Shown: in pieces, positions 19,474-28,462 of the stretch
How positions within the stretch are numbered: position 1 is the stretch's first letter
Layout of the letters: each line of letters starts with the position of its first letter
DNA from: an uncultured Desulfospira sp.
GTDB taxonomy: Bacteria; Desulfobacterota; Desulfobacteria; Desulfobacterales; Desulfobacteraceae
Assembly (NCBI GenBank): GCA_963663165.1
Contig: OY760175.1
Location: 5,952,001-6,016,000, forward strand
DNA: 64,000 nucleotides
Direction: 5' to 3'
Notes under the pieces: generated by a model
What the model was told of the DNA's origin: nothing
The model's input: only the letters and a program-made list of their open reading frames with translations
Databases searched by the model: none
Position numbers and translations under genes: made by a program

Positions 19474-19495
19474 AATATTTTCTCTCTCTTTTTTT

Positions 19496-19586
19496 GTGAA
19501 AGTCTCACTAACATCTTGAGAAGACGTTCATTTTTTGTTGTGGACGGTTCTTGGTTGGATAATTCAAGCTGTCCGTGACGGTTTAT
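19496..19586. repeat. 90-bp structured dispersed repeat, copy B
   Basis: gtgaaagtctcactaacatcttgagaagacgttc...gtggacggttcttggttggataattcaagctgtccgtgacgg. Confidence 0.9.
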
Positions 19587-19839
19587 AAAAATGGAATCAT
19601 CCGCTGTTGTTTGCCCTGGAACGGCCAGATCCATTCCGGGCTTGATGGCACAGCGGCAGGCCATAACACATGTAAAATTTACAAATGGGGTTTTAAGCGG
19701 GGTAAAAAGAAACAACAAACTTAAATTTTTTAGCCTACCACCTCCTTTCACTAATGATCAGCAGGATAGGAACTCCTCCTTATTTTTCTTAAAAGCGAGC
19801 CGTACGAAGATCGACCTTTATTTTTTTTACAGGACAAAC

Positions 19840-19867
19840 ACTAGATGGGAATTAGAAAATGATTAAA
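19840..19867 (-). promoter_or_regulatory. 11-bp-periodic direct-repeat box (PhoB/OmpR-type candidate)
   Basis: Minus strand tttaat-N5-tctaat-N5-tctagt; near-identical to the 11790-11817 box. Confidence 0.6.
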
Positions 19868-20069
19868 ATTAAAAACAGTGATGGAAAAAGGATGGAAACC
19901 CGCTTTAGTCCTGGCATTGTTTGCCATTATAGTTCATCCCTGAAGCAGGGCGGCAACCGTTAAAAATTGATTGCCGAACCGGAATGCCCCTTTATTCGGA
20001 CAATTGCGGGCCCCCATAACGGTCTCATTGTTTGCTCATCGAATTGTAGTTTTTTAGCAGCATGTGAGC

Positions 20070-20114
20070 AAAAAAAATCGGGCTGCCCTGGGAAAAAATC
20101 CCAAGGCAGCCCGG
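20070..20114 (-). terminator. Intrinsic terminator on the minus strand with no credible upstream CDS
   Basis: Minus strand ccgggctgccttggga-tttt-tcccagggcagcccga followed by T8. Confidence 0.65.
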
Positions 20115-20213
20115 ATAAAATTTGAGGGGGCATCCCGATTATCGGCCGGGGCCATATTCCCGGCTTTTGTTAGTTTTGCATCCTTTGGTTGACACAGAGG
20201 AAGTTCCTGGCTT

Positions 20214-21260
20214 ATGGTCATAATTGTTTTGCAGCCAACCATTACGGAGGCCGGGATGAACAAGATGGCAGGAAAGCCAGGGATTTGGGCAGGAACCTAT
20301 AAGGTATTCGGCCTGGGATTTCTGATTTTGGCCATTGCTTTTTTATCCGGCCCAAAGGTGGTCATGGATACCCGGTTACAGCCTGTACACCTTCCCAAAG
20401 ATCTTGATGCATATGTGGCGGATTCTGAATCTGCCTTTGACGACATTGTCCCGGGGGCGGAAAAACGGATTTTTTGGGCAGGAGAGACGCATGTTCAGAC
20501 CCCGTTCTCGGTGATTTATCTTCACGGGTTCTCCGCCACTCGCCAGGAGACGGCCCCGCTGCCGGAGATGATCGCAAAACGGCTGGGCGCCAACCTGTTC
20601 TGCACCCGCTTTACCGGCCATGGACGTACTGGCCAGGCCATGCTGAACGGCAGTGTCAACGCATGGCTCAATGATGCTGTGGAGGCCTTGAAAATCGGGC
20701 AGCGGATCGGTGAAAAGGTCATTGTAACCGGGACCTCAACCGGCGGCACCGTGGCCGCCTGGCTGGCGGCTCAGCCGGTGGCAGCGGATGTTGCGGCATT
20801 TATCCTGATCTCCCCCAATTTCGGCCTTGCCAACAGGATGTCCAAAATTCTGCTCTGGCCATGGGGCAGACATCTTGCCGAGCTTATTATTGGTAAGGAA
20901 AGGTCTTTTGAACCGGATAATCCCGCCCATGGAAAATTTTGGACCCACCGGTATCCTACCCGGGCCCTGCTGCCCATGATGGGGCTGGTCAGCCTGGCCG
21001 GGGATTTGGATATGTCCCGGATTAAAGCGCCGGTACTGGTCATTTACTCCCCTGCCGACCGTGTGGTAGATCCTGCCCGGACAAAAAAGGTATTCAAAAA
21101 ACTGGGCTCAAAACAAAAACAATTGATCCCCTATACCGGGTCAGATGACCCGGATCAGCATGTGCTGGCCGGCGACATTCTGTCTGCCAGTTCAACAAAG
21201 GCCCTGGAAACCATGATCGTTGATTTTATTGCCGGGAAAACCCAAAGCAGTAATCCGTAG
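20214..21260 (+). CDS. Alpha/beta hydrolase (esterase/lysophospholipase-like); true start may be 20256
   Basis: YLHGFS oxyanion motif, GTSTGG nucleophile, DRVVD, QHVL; N-terminal hydrophobic helix. Confidence 0.85.
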   Translation: MVIIVLQPTITEAGMNKMAGKPGIWAGTYKVFGLGFLILAIAFLSGPKVVMDTRLQPVHLPKDLDAYVADSESAFDDIVPGAEKRIFWAGETHVQTPFSVIYLHGFSATRQETAPLPEMIAKRLGANLFCTRFTGHGRTGQAMLNGSVNAWLNDAVEALKIGQRIGEKVIVTGTSTGGTVAAWLAAQPVAADVAAFILISPNFGLANRMSKILLWPWGRHLAELIIGKERSFEPDNPAHGKFWTHRYPTRALLPMMGLVSLAGDLDMSRIKAPVLVIYSPADRVVDPARTKKVFKKLGSKQKQLIPYTGSDDPDQHVLAGDILSASSTKALETMIVDFIAGKTQSSNP

Positions 21261-21843
21261 GAAATCGGCCCGTGGAGGGCTATTGGCAACCTGGCTCCGG
21301 AGCGTCTTAATTCCCTTAAACATGTCACCACCATTGAATCTATTGGGTTATCTACTCGCATTGAGGGGGGTGAAACTAACGTCTCGGGAGGTCGAGGCTT
21401 TGTTGGCCGGGCTTTACAGGAAATCATAAGGCTCCAGGGATAAGCAGGCGGTGGCCGGGTATGCGGATGTGATGAATACCGTATTAAAGTCCTTTAGCGA
21501 AATTTTTTTATTATCTGGCTTTGAGAAGGACCCAAGGGTCACTTTAGTCTGATGATCCGGACTACAATCCCTGGGTTCTTTTTTTCTTGAACGCTCTGGA
21601 CGCTCTAAAAAATATGTTATCCCGGAAAATAGAACGGGAAAACCTTTTTGTGAAACTAACCCAGGTGTCCCTGCAGATTATTGAACTGGTGAAGGTGCAT
21701 GGAAAGCGTTCTATTTCTGAGATTGAAGCCACTACAAAAGTCAACCGCAACACCCATAAAAAAGCGGCTGGCAGACCTTGCCTAAGATAAATACCTGGTT
21801 CAGCCGGGGCAGGGCAAGGGGACCCGTTATTCGCTTGGGTTGA
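21261..21843 (+). pseudogene. Fic-family protein remnant
   Basis: Fragments WRAIGNLAPERLNSLKHVTTIESIGLSTRIEG / VKLTSREVEALL / RDKQAVAGYADVM / PWVLFFL...wHTH tail GQGKGTRY, with frameshifts, stops and no catalytic HPFxxGNGR region. Confidence 0.75.
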
Positions 21844-22135
21844 AATAATTTTTGATAGTCTGGCCGGTCAGCTTCAATTAAAGCTGATCTCTCATATCGA
21901 CACAAGATCTTGTGGTAAAGTGATGTCAGAAAAAGCGTTAAATCATACCATTATGTTGCGAGTGGGTCTAACCTGTTAAATTTAAAGGCGATTTTAGCTA
22001 TTCACATTGCAAATCAATATTGTATTAAAATTCAACACGTTAAAAGTTATTTTAGAAATTTTAAAGATCAGTGGCAACATAATTTTTTGTTTTACTACAT
22101 ACCCCTCCAAAGCTAGCAAAAGCTGCTTCAGTGGT

Positions 22136-23155
22136 TCATAAACTGTCAAGCCAGGCGAGGATTTCAGCACTATTTCCCCAGTCGATTAACTCATCAATTT
22201 TTTTGTCATGAGTTATTTTCGATTGCATGTATTCCATGAGCGTATTTTGGACTTCCCGTTTTTTTGACAGATCCAGCTGCAGATAGGTCATTGTTGATTC
22301 AATACTTTGATGACCAAGACGATTTTTGATATCCGATACCGGAGCACCTGAACTGACCATGTTGACCGCGCACGAATGCCTGAAGCAGTGAGCCGGGCTC
22401 AGTCCTTTCAGCCGTTTTTCCGGCAAGGCCAAGGTCAAATACTTCCTGCAAATTTTATTAATTCCATGTCTGGTCATTTCCCGCTTCCGTTGATTGATAA
22501 ACAGCCTATGGGCAAATAAAGGGATGGGATCTACCCTGTGATTGCTGATATAGTCCGAGATCAAGGAGGCGGTTCTGGAGCATAGATTAATCAACCGGTA
22601 TCGGTTTCCCTTTCCCAGGACCGCAATGGTTTCGTTTTCGGGGTCAAAATAATCAAATTCCAATGTGGCAATTTCACTGGCCCGGGCACCGGAGTCATAA
22701 AGCAGATGGAGAATGGTAAAATCCCTCATGCCTTCTTTCTTTTTCAGATCAACGGCACTGAAGACTTTCATGATTTCTTCAGGATATAAAAATCCCATCA
22801 CCTTTTTTTGAGCTCTTTTCTGAGGGATGTTCAGGAGCCTATCGGCAATTCGTTTTTTATCCGGATGCATGAAGCGGATCATCTTGGCCAAAGACTTAAT
22901 CACGGCCAGGCGTTGGTTTCGAGTCTGCACGCTATTTTTTCGGTTTTTTTCCAGATGCTGGAGAAAGGCAAGCACTGCATCCACCGTTAAGTGTTCGATT
23001 TTCAATGACTTGATTTTTATTGAGTGATGATTCGCCAGAAAATGCAGAAATAACGACAGGCTCTGCTGGTAAGCTTGAACACTTTGTTTGCTCGTCCCTT
23101 TTATCGAGGGCAAGTATTCATAAAAATACTGGTGCAGGCAACTTGTCAATCTCAT
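22136..23155 (-). CDS. Tyrosine recombinase (RitC-like)
   Basis: TRNQRLAVIKS, SGARASE, GKG, HCFRHS, LGHQSIESTMTY. Confidence 0.92.
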   Translation of the reverse strand: MRLTSCLHQYFYEYLPSIKGTSKQSVQAYQQSLSLFLHFLANHHSIKIKSLKIEHLTVDAVLAFLQHLEKNRKNSVQTRNQRLAVIKSLAKMIRFMHPDKKRIADRLLNIPQKRAQKKVMGFLYPEEIMKVFSAVDLKKKEGMRDFTILHLLYDSGARASEIATLEFDYFDPENETIAVLGKGNRYRLINLCSRTASLISDYISNHRVDPIPLFAHRLFINQRKREMTRHGINKICRKYLTLALPEKRLKGLSPAHCFRHSCAVNMVSSGAPVSDIKNRLGHQSIESTMTYLQLDLSKKREVQNTLMEYMQSKITHDKKIDELIDWGNSAEILAWLDSL

Positions 23156-24129
23156 GCACCCTCGCTTTTTGATTTCGAAAAATCAAACAGTTGCCAACGG
23201 TGCTCAGCATCCAGTACCTTCAAATAATAGGTTGTGTATTTGTATTTGCTGTGCCCCATATAAGCCGCCAGTACAGGCAGGGCATTTTGGCAGGATTTTC
23301 CTTGCTGTTTTATCCTTTTCAGCGTGTTCACAGCAAACGAATGCCGCAGGGAATGATGTGAAGGCTGGCTGAAGTTTGTAGTACCGATTATTTTCCGGGA
23401 GTGATCAAAATTAATATCTGTGAGAGCCTGTTTAAATCTGCGATTTATAAACATACGTACCAGTTTTTTCCCTTTCACCTTTACCAGCAAAAAAGGGCTG
23501 TCATCCTCATCAGGGAATAACCGGCGAACTTTTAGCAGGTTGTTGATTTCATAGGCTACGGCTTTGGGTATAGGGATCAATCGATCTTTTCTAAATTTTG
23601 TCTTTTCAATATAGATTGTTCTTTCTTCGGGCCTGTAATGGGTTTTCAATAAATTAAGTGTCTCCGAGGTTCTAAGTCCGCACCGGGCCATCAACAAAAA
23701 GGCTATATAAGCACTGAAATCTGACACATAGAATCTCTGGCTTGTCCGCATCGACTTGATTACAGCTTTGAGAAAACGGTCTGTTTCTTCCGGAGAAAAT
23801 ATAAAAGGAATAACGTGATTTTCCTGTAGCTCAGTGATTTCCTGCAACGGATTTTCCAGGATCACATCTTTGCGTATAAGATAATTGAAAAAGATCTTGA
23901 GCATTCTAAAAATCGTATTTATGGACCGGGGTTCAAGATCAAGTTCTGCTCTGAACCGGATAAAAAACAGCGGATCAAAGGATGTCCAAGTCACTTGTTT
24001 TTCAGACACATATCGATCAAGTACCCTAAGACCGTACATCATTGAGGTGTTTGAGTACCCCAGTTGAAAACGATATGTGATAAAATCCTCCATTTGTTCA
24101 GCCAAGAAACTTTTAAAACGTTTCATCAA
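23152..24129 (-). CDS. Tyrosine recombinase (RitB-like)
   Basis: CGLRTSE, TKFRKDRLIP, HSLRHSFAV, LPVLAAYMGH...TTYYL. Confidence 0.92.
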   Translation of the reverse strand: MMKRFKSFLAEQMEDFITYRFQLGYSNTSMMYGLRVLDRYVSEKQVTWTSFDPLFFIRFRAELDLEPRSINTIFRMLKIFFNYLIRKDVILENPLQEITELQENHVIPFIFSPEETDRFLKAVIKSMRTSQRFYVSDFSAYIAFLLMARCGLRTSETLNLLKTHYRPEERTIYIEKTKFRKDRLIPIPKAVAYEINNLLKVRRLFPDEDDSPFLLVKVKGKKLVRMFINRRFKQALTDINFDHSRKIIGTTNFSQPSHHSLRHSFAVNTLKRIKQQGKSCQNALPVLAAYMGHSKYKYTTYYLKVLDAEHRWQLFDFSKSKSEGA

Positions 24130-25000
24130 GGATAACCTCCCGCATCAGGCCGATATGAATGCTCAGATACTTTTTTGTCGAATCGAGGCTTTTATGTCCC
24201 ATCATTTCTTTGATTTCATAGATGGACATACCGGACTCCAACATATTCTGGGCAAATGAATGCCGCAGCCAGTATGTGCTTGATCCAAGATTGTTTTTCG
24301 TCATGCATTCTTTTATATCTCGGGGGATATCGCTCCTGTTGGCCGGTTTATAAGGTGGTGTCAACTGTAAAAATAGAACTCGGGATTGAGTTTCAGGTCT
24401 CCCGCCCACAATATAGGCAGTGATCGCTTTGATTATGTTATCGGGAAGGGGAAGATGAGCAGGATTGCAATTTTTTCTTGAACGGATAAAAATCTCTTTC
24501 TGTCTAAATGAGATGTCATCCAGAGTTAGCAACCTGATTTCTTTCGGCCTTAACCCCAGATAACATGCCAGATGCAGGGTGGCATTGGTGCGAAGGTCTT
24601 TTGCTGTTGACAGGTCCAGACTGTCAAACAACTTTTGAATTTCATGAGTGCGCAAAAATTTGGGCGGCTTTGGTGGTCCGAACTCCGGAGGGCTTACCAC
24701 TAAAGCGCCAAGGTCCTTTTTAAGATCTCCGTGTTGATAAAGGTACTTTAAAAATCTTCGTACATGTGACCGGTGCGTCCTGCATGTCCCGGGAGCACGC
24801 CCCTTGTTGCAGACTGCTAAAAATTGATCGACCTGGTCAATGGATATGTTGCCCAAAGAGGTGTTTTCCCCCTGAAGATAGGCCGCAAAATTTGTTAATG
24901 TCCTTTTTGTATAGGACACCGCATCCCCGGAAGCTTGATCTCGACAGTAGTCCAGGTATTTCTCCACTGCTTTGGTGACCTTATTGTCAACTTCCATCAT
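24113..25000 (-). CDS. Tyrosine recombinase (RitA-like)
   Basis: LGLRPKE, YWLRHSFA, MGHKSLDSTKKY; start placed at ATG 25000 behind GGAGG. Confidence 0.88.
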   Translation of the reverse strand: MMEVDNKVTKAVEKYLDYCRDQASGDAVSYTKRTLTNFAAYLQGENTSLGNISIDQVDQFLAVCNKGRAPGTCRTHRSHVRRFLKYLYQHGDLKKDLGALVVSPPEFGPPKPPKFLRTHEIQKLFDSLDLSTAKDLRTNATLHLACYLGLRPKEIRLLTLDDISFRQKEIFIRSRKNCNPAHLPLPDNIIKAITAYIVGGRPETQSRVLFLQLTPPYKPANRSDIPRDIKECMTKNNLGSSTYWLRHSFAQNMLESGMSIYEIKEMMGHKSLDSTKKYLSIHIGLMREVILDETF

Positions 25001-25472
25001 GGCTGCCTCCAAAAGATTGCAGGACAAGGCTGCGGATGGTTGCCGGATCGTGCAGTTCCATGTCTTTTTGGCTTTGAAGGGGGGCTGCTGAGGGCAGAGC
25101 CACTCTTTCCGGAAGGGACAATACTTGGAAAAGGTTGCCGTCAAATGCGACCAGGTTCTTGTCAATCAAGGCATTCCTGGCAAGGATGTAGTCATCAACA
25201 CAAATCCTGAGCAGGGTGCAGATTTTATCATAGCCGTAATAGGACAGCCCATGACGATCCGCCACGATAATCAAAAACAGGTACAGCAGGAGCTGATGAT
25301 GATCCAGGCTTGCCCAGAATCCGTCCCGCAGGAACCGGTGTTCGATAAAAGCAAAGCTTCCTGCAATTTTTCTGATGCGGCAGGGATCTATGGGATTTTT
25401 TGCAATGGACGCACGAAAACGGCGTTGGGGCTTTTGATTCCGATTTTTGGCTTTATTTTGTCCGGTCTCCAT
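24987..25472 (-). CDS. Mobile-element-associated putative helix-turn-helix protein
   Basis: RIRKIAGSFAFIEHRF...LLYLFLIIVADRHGLSYY...FQVLSL; RBS present; overlaps the downstream recombinase. Confidence 0.7.
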   Translation of the reverse strand: METGQNKAKNRNQKPQRRFRASIAKNPIDPCRIRKIAGSFAFIEHRFLRDGFWASLDHHQLLLYLFLIIVADRHGLSYYGYDKICTLLRICVDDYILARNALIDKNLVAFDGNLFQVLSLPERVALPSAAPLQSQKDMELHDPATIRSLVLQSFGGSHDGS

Positions 25473-25519
25473 GGCATTGCCTCCTTGAAATGATCGTTAA
25501 AGGCAATTTACCCTTTTTC

Positions 25520-26128
25520 TCAGGGGGGATCAGGCCCCGTTTGTTGTTGGAACCGGCTTTTTCCATGATGTTTTTTTTGAGGGCGAGGGCCAAACCCTAA
25601 CGGCGGTGGCAGGATATCCAAATGTGAAGCGGCAAGTTCCCGGAGATGGGGTAAAACAAACTCAACCCCAAGTGCAGATCTCAATGATGATAAGGTTGCC
25701 TGACCATCATTGGATAAGGACGGAATCAGGTCGATTAATAAAATCAAACTTACATGAATCAAAAACAGTCTGTGCCTCATCCATCGCAAGACACCAGGCA
25801 GGCCGATATCTGGACGCATATTGTCTGCTGCGGCCTCCTGGCTTGGTGCTGCTTCGATCTGATTGATGACCGTTTCCGCCTCCATCAGTGTCCCTGGCAG
25901 ACGTGAGGACAGGCAATCGGGCAACAGCCCGAAGGTGGTCCTGCCATCCGGACAATACCACCGGGCGATTTTTGCACCGTCGGGATACTTTCTGCAATAG
26001 GTCCCATGCCTGGCAAATTTGCAGCCACCTTCCGGATGTAACGGGCACCGATCCAGTTTTGCATCTTTCCATGCCTCCTCCTCTATATATTGTTCAACAG
26101 GAATGTCGGTGGCGAATCGGAGCTGCAC
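25520..26128 (-). CDS. Cys/His-rich (putative zinc-binding) mobile-element protein
   Basis: CPLHPEGGCKFARHGTYCRK...RWYCP....TFGLLPDCL; GTG start. Confidence 0.7.
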   Translation of the reverse strand: MQLRFATDIPVEQYIEEEAWKDAKLDRCPLHPEGGCKFARHGTYCRKYPDGAKIARWYCPDGRTTFGLLPDCLSSRLPGTLMEAETVINQIEAAPSQEAAADNMRPDIGLPGVLRWMRHRLFLIHVSLILLIDLIPSLSNDGQATLSSLRSALGVEFVLPHLRELAASHLDILPPPLGFGPRPQKKHHGKSRFQQQTGPDPP

Positions 26129-26157
26129 GACTTTAACCTTGCGTTAAAATTCAAAAT

Positions 26158-26583
26158 ATGAAACATTTTCCCATGGCAAAGATCGGTCGCAATACACCAT
26201 GCCCTTGCGGCAGCGGTAAGAAATATAAGAAGTGTTGTTTGTCGTTGCAGTCAGCGGGAACTCAACCCAAGCCCTATCCTGCCGGGTTTACACCAGTTTA
26301 CACGGAATTGGATCTGCTTTCAAACAGTGTGATTGATCTGATCGATGAAAACAAATTCGACGAGGCAGAAGCTGTATCAAAGAGATTATTGCATGAATAT
26401 CCAAATCAGATTGACGGCTTTCACAGGTTGGGACAGGTCTATGAAGCTCAGGGAAAAAAGCATGAAGCGGGAGAATACTATCAAAAAGCCGCAGATTTTG
26501 CCCGGACAATGCCGGGTTTTGATCCGGAAACTGTTGAACGCTTCCTTTTAAAAGCAAAGAAATATAGGGAAGAAGCAAAGTAG
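26158..26583 (+). CDS. SEC-C motif + TPR-like protein
   Basis: [20 protein letters not shown] followed by a helical TPR-like region. Confidence 0.85.
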   Translation: MKHFPMAKIGRNTPCPCGSGKKYKKCCLSLQSAGTQPKPYPAGFTPVYTELDLLSNSVIDLIDENKFDEAEAVSKRLLHEYPNQIDGFHRLGQVYEAQGKKHEAGEYYQKAADFARTMPGFDPETVERFLLKAKKYREEAK

Positions 26584-26786
26584 AAAAACTATATCCAAAG
26601 AAAATAACTCATTTAGAACTTTTTATAGAAGAAAATCTCGCTACAAAAAAAAGTCGCAACATAAATACCATAAATCCTCAGTCAGTTTTATCCGGTAATA
26701 AATTAATTATTCTTGCATTTCCCTTTCGGAGATGATTACTATCCAGAATCATTGTGTTTTAGAACCTCATCTAACTCAGAGCAAAG

Positions 26787-27080
26787 ACCCCGGAGGGGTC
26801 ACGGAATATAGCCCCGGGTGTGAACCCGGGGTCTTATAATGCAGTATTCATAATAACTCCGAAGGAGTGACAGAACTTATATAGAAAACCAGACTGAACA
26901 CCATAGGAAAAAAACATTTGAAGAGGAATTAGTTGAAATATTGGAGAAACATGGTGTTAACTTTGATCCAAAATATCTTTGGGGCTGAAATCAATTCTGT
27001 CGCTCCTTCGGAGCTTGGGGTGACTGTTCTGAATCCCCCGGGTTCACACCCGGGGCTATAATCCCGGCCTCCTTCGGAGG
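26787..27080. mobile_element. Internally deleted IS200/RAYT-like element with inverted REP-like flanks
   Basis: Flanks tatagccccgggtgtgaacccgggg...ctccgaaggag.gacagaa in inverted orientation. Between them, 26878-26988 encodes YIENQTEHHRKKTFEEEL...FDPKYLWG*, a Y1 transposase C-terminus. Confidence 0.8.
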
Positions 27081-27352
27081 CAAACCATCCGCCACAAACC
27101 AAATTTATTTCAGCTTCAAATTACCTAATTTTGCCCTATAAATTTTCGTTTTATTCTGGATCAGAGTAAATGTTGACTATGATTGTTCGTTTTCCCGATA
27201 AATGACCCGGCACTGTATCTTGTGGTCACTTCCTTTTGTTGAAGGGCCAGGCGTATATATTGAATTTAGCACGGCGGTGGCCCCCAAAAATACATGCTTG
27301 GGTTGCAGCTGTGCGGTATGGTGGTCTATTGGTTTTCCGTCCGGTAGATCGG

Positions 27353-28036
27353 TCAGATCAGGCCCAGAACCATGGACAGGGTCCCGAGAAGGGAGTGAGA
27401 CAGCGCAATTGCCCAGATATTGGGTTTTTTAATGAAGATGATTCCCCAGGAAAGTCCGCTGATCAGGGCGATAACGATCAGGGGCGGGTGGTGGTAAATG
27501 ATATGAAGCAGGCCAAAGGAAAGGGTGGATATAAATAGAAAAAAGCCGTTTCCCGCCTCCGTGATCCGCTTGATTTCCGAGCGTAAAATGGCCCTGAAGA
27601 TCAGCTCCTGAACCGGTCCCAGGAAAAAAATATAAAACAGATACACATGGGGAAGATAGCTTTGCGCCTTTGGCCTTGAAAAGCCGGCCTTGTGCATGAA
27701 TACAAGCCCGATGCCGCCGATAACACAAAAACATAAATTCCAGATCAGGGAACTTTTCAGGTTATCGGTCCTAAAGCCAAGTTCAAGACGGCTGTACTGC
27801 CGGTAAAAATAAACCCAGGCAAACCCGGGCAGGGTGCTGAAAAAAGCGAAAAACCGGTATTCAAAGGGAATGATTTCAAGCCAGATCAGAAAAACCGGCG
27901 CATAACAAAGGAACAGCAGCAAAAGCAGGGGCCGGTAGGGGGTATAAAATTCATAAGCCGCCTGTCCATGAACATGGATTCCTTTTCTGGTTTCAACAAT
28001 AGAAAAAGAATCCAATATCGCCTGTTTCTGATTCAT
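27353..28036 (-). CDS. CPBP (CAAX/Abi-like) intramembrane metalloprotease-family protein
   Basis: Multi-TM; QELIFR (variant of EExxxR), FGLLH, LSHSLL motifs. Confidence 0.8.
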   Translation of the reverse strand: MNQKQAILDSFSIVETRKGIHVHGQAAYEFYTPYRPLLLLLFLCYAPVFLIWLEIIPFEYRFFAFFSTLPGFAWVYFYRQYSRLELGFRTDNLKSSLIWNLCFCVIGGIGLVFMHKAGFSRPKAQSYLPHVYLFYIFFLGPVQELIFRAILRSEIKRITEAGNGFFLFISTLSFGLLHIIYHHPPLIVIALISGLSWGIIFIKKPNIWAIALSHSLLGTLSMVLGLI

Positions 28037-28395
28037 TGATTCGCCCTGGGTCCTTGTGTGTCCTTTGGGGGTTAACCGAGATACCCCGATACACTAACAT
28101 AATTTTAATAAAAATAAAATTTATTACACATTATTTTAGTTAATATATTGATATTAAAGATAGAATCGTATCTAATGATTTGCTAATTATTTGGGGGATT
28201 GCGGTTTTCCGGGGACTTGTCCGTACCGGTGGGCTGGGCGTCGATAGCCCCGGGTGATCGCATGCAGCTTGCCCGCCGGTGTCGTTGATCCAAACAAATA
28301 TGAGGCACTGGTGGACAGTTACGGACCCCGGGATTTTCATTTTCCGGCATCAGCTGAATAGGGCCTGAATTTTTTATAAAATAAAGAAAAAAACC

Positions 28396-28462
28396 TTGAC
28401 TAATGCCCTTGGGGTGTTGCAAAGTATTTTTCAAACACTAAACTAATGAAAAATTTATTTCA
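28396..28462 (+). promoter_or_regulatory. Promoter/operator region of the RpiR operon
   Basis: ttgact -35-like hexamer at 28396; two 16-bp pseudo-palindromes tgcaaagtatttttca (28418-28433) and tgaaaaatttatttca (28447-28462). Confidence 0.5.

Larger units (their letters stand above)
21951..26664 (-). mobile_element. RIT-like (recombinase-in-trio) element with accessory genes
   Basis: 11-bp terminal IR ttatgttgcga (21951-21961) / tcgcaacataa (26654-26664); 6-bp direct repeat atacca (21945-21950, 26665-26670); three tandem tyrosine recombinases. Confidence 0.85.

Noticed and set aside
19645..19925. Sigma-54 promoters (tggcac, tggcat) for the PEP-CTERM-related genes
   Set aside because: The GG-to-GC spacing is wrong and they lie on the opposite strand to the phosphoesterase gene.
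21901..21914. Perfect palindrome cacaagatcttgtg resembling an NrdR box
   Set aside because: Single copy with no nucleotide-reduction gene adjacent; a function cannot be supported.
21945..21961. Chromosomal dif site
   Set aside because: Only one arm is present at each end and it lacks the XerD-type ttatgttaaat; better explained as element termini.
27353..28036. CPBP protease as an abortive-infection gene or as the PEP-CTERM sorting enzyme
   Set aside because: The family name does not imply Abi activity, the protein lacks exosortase features, and it is not adjacent to the locus.
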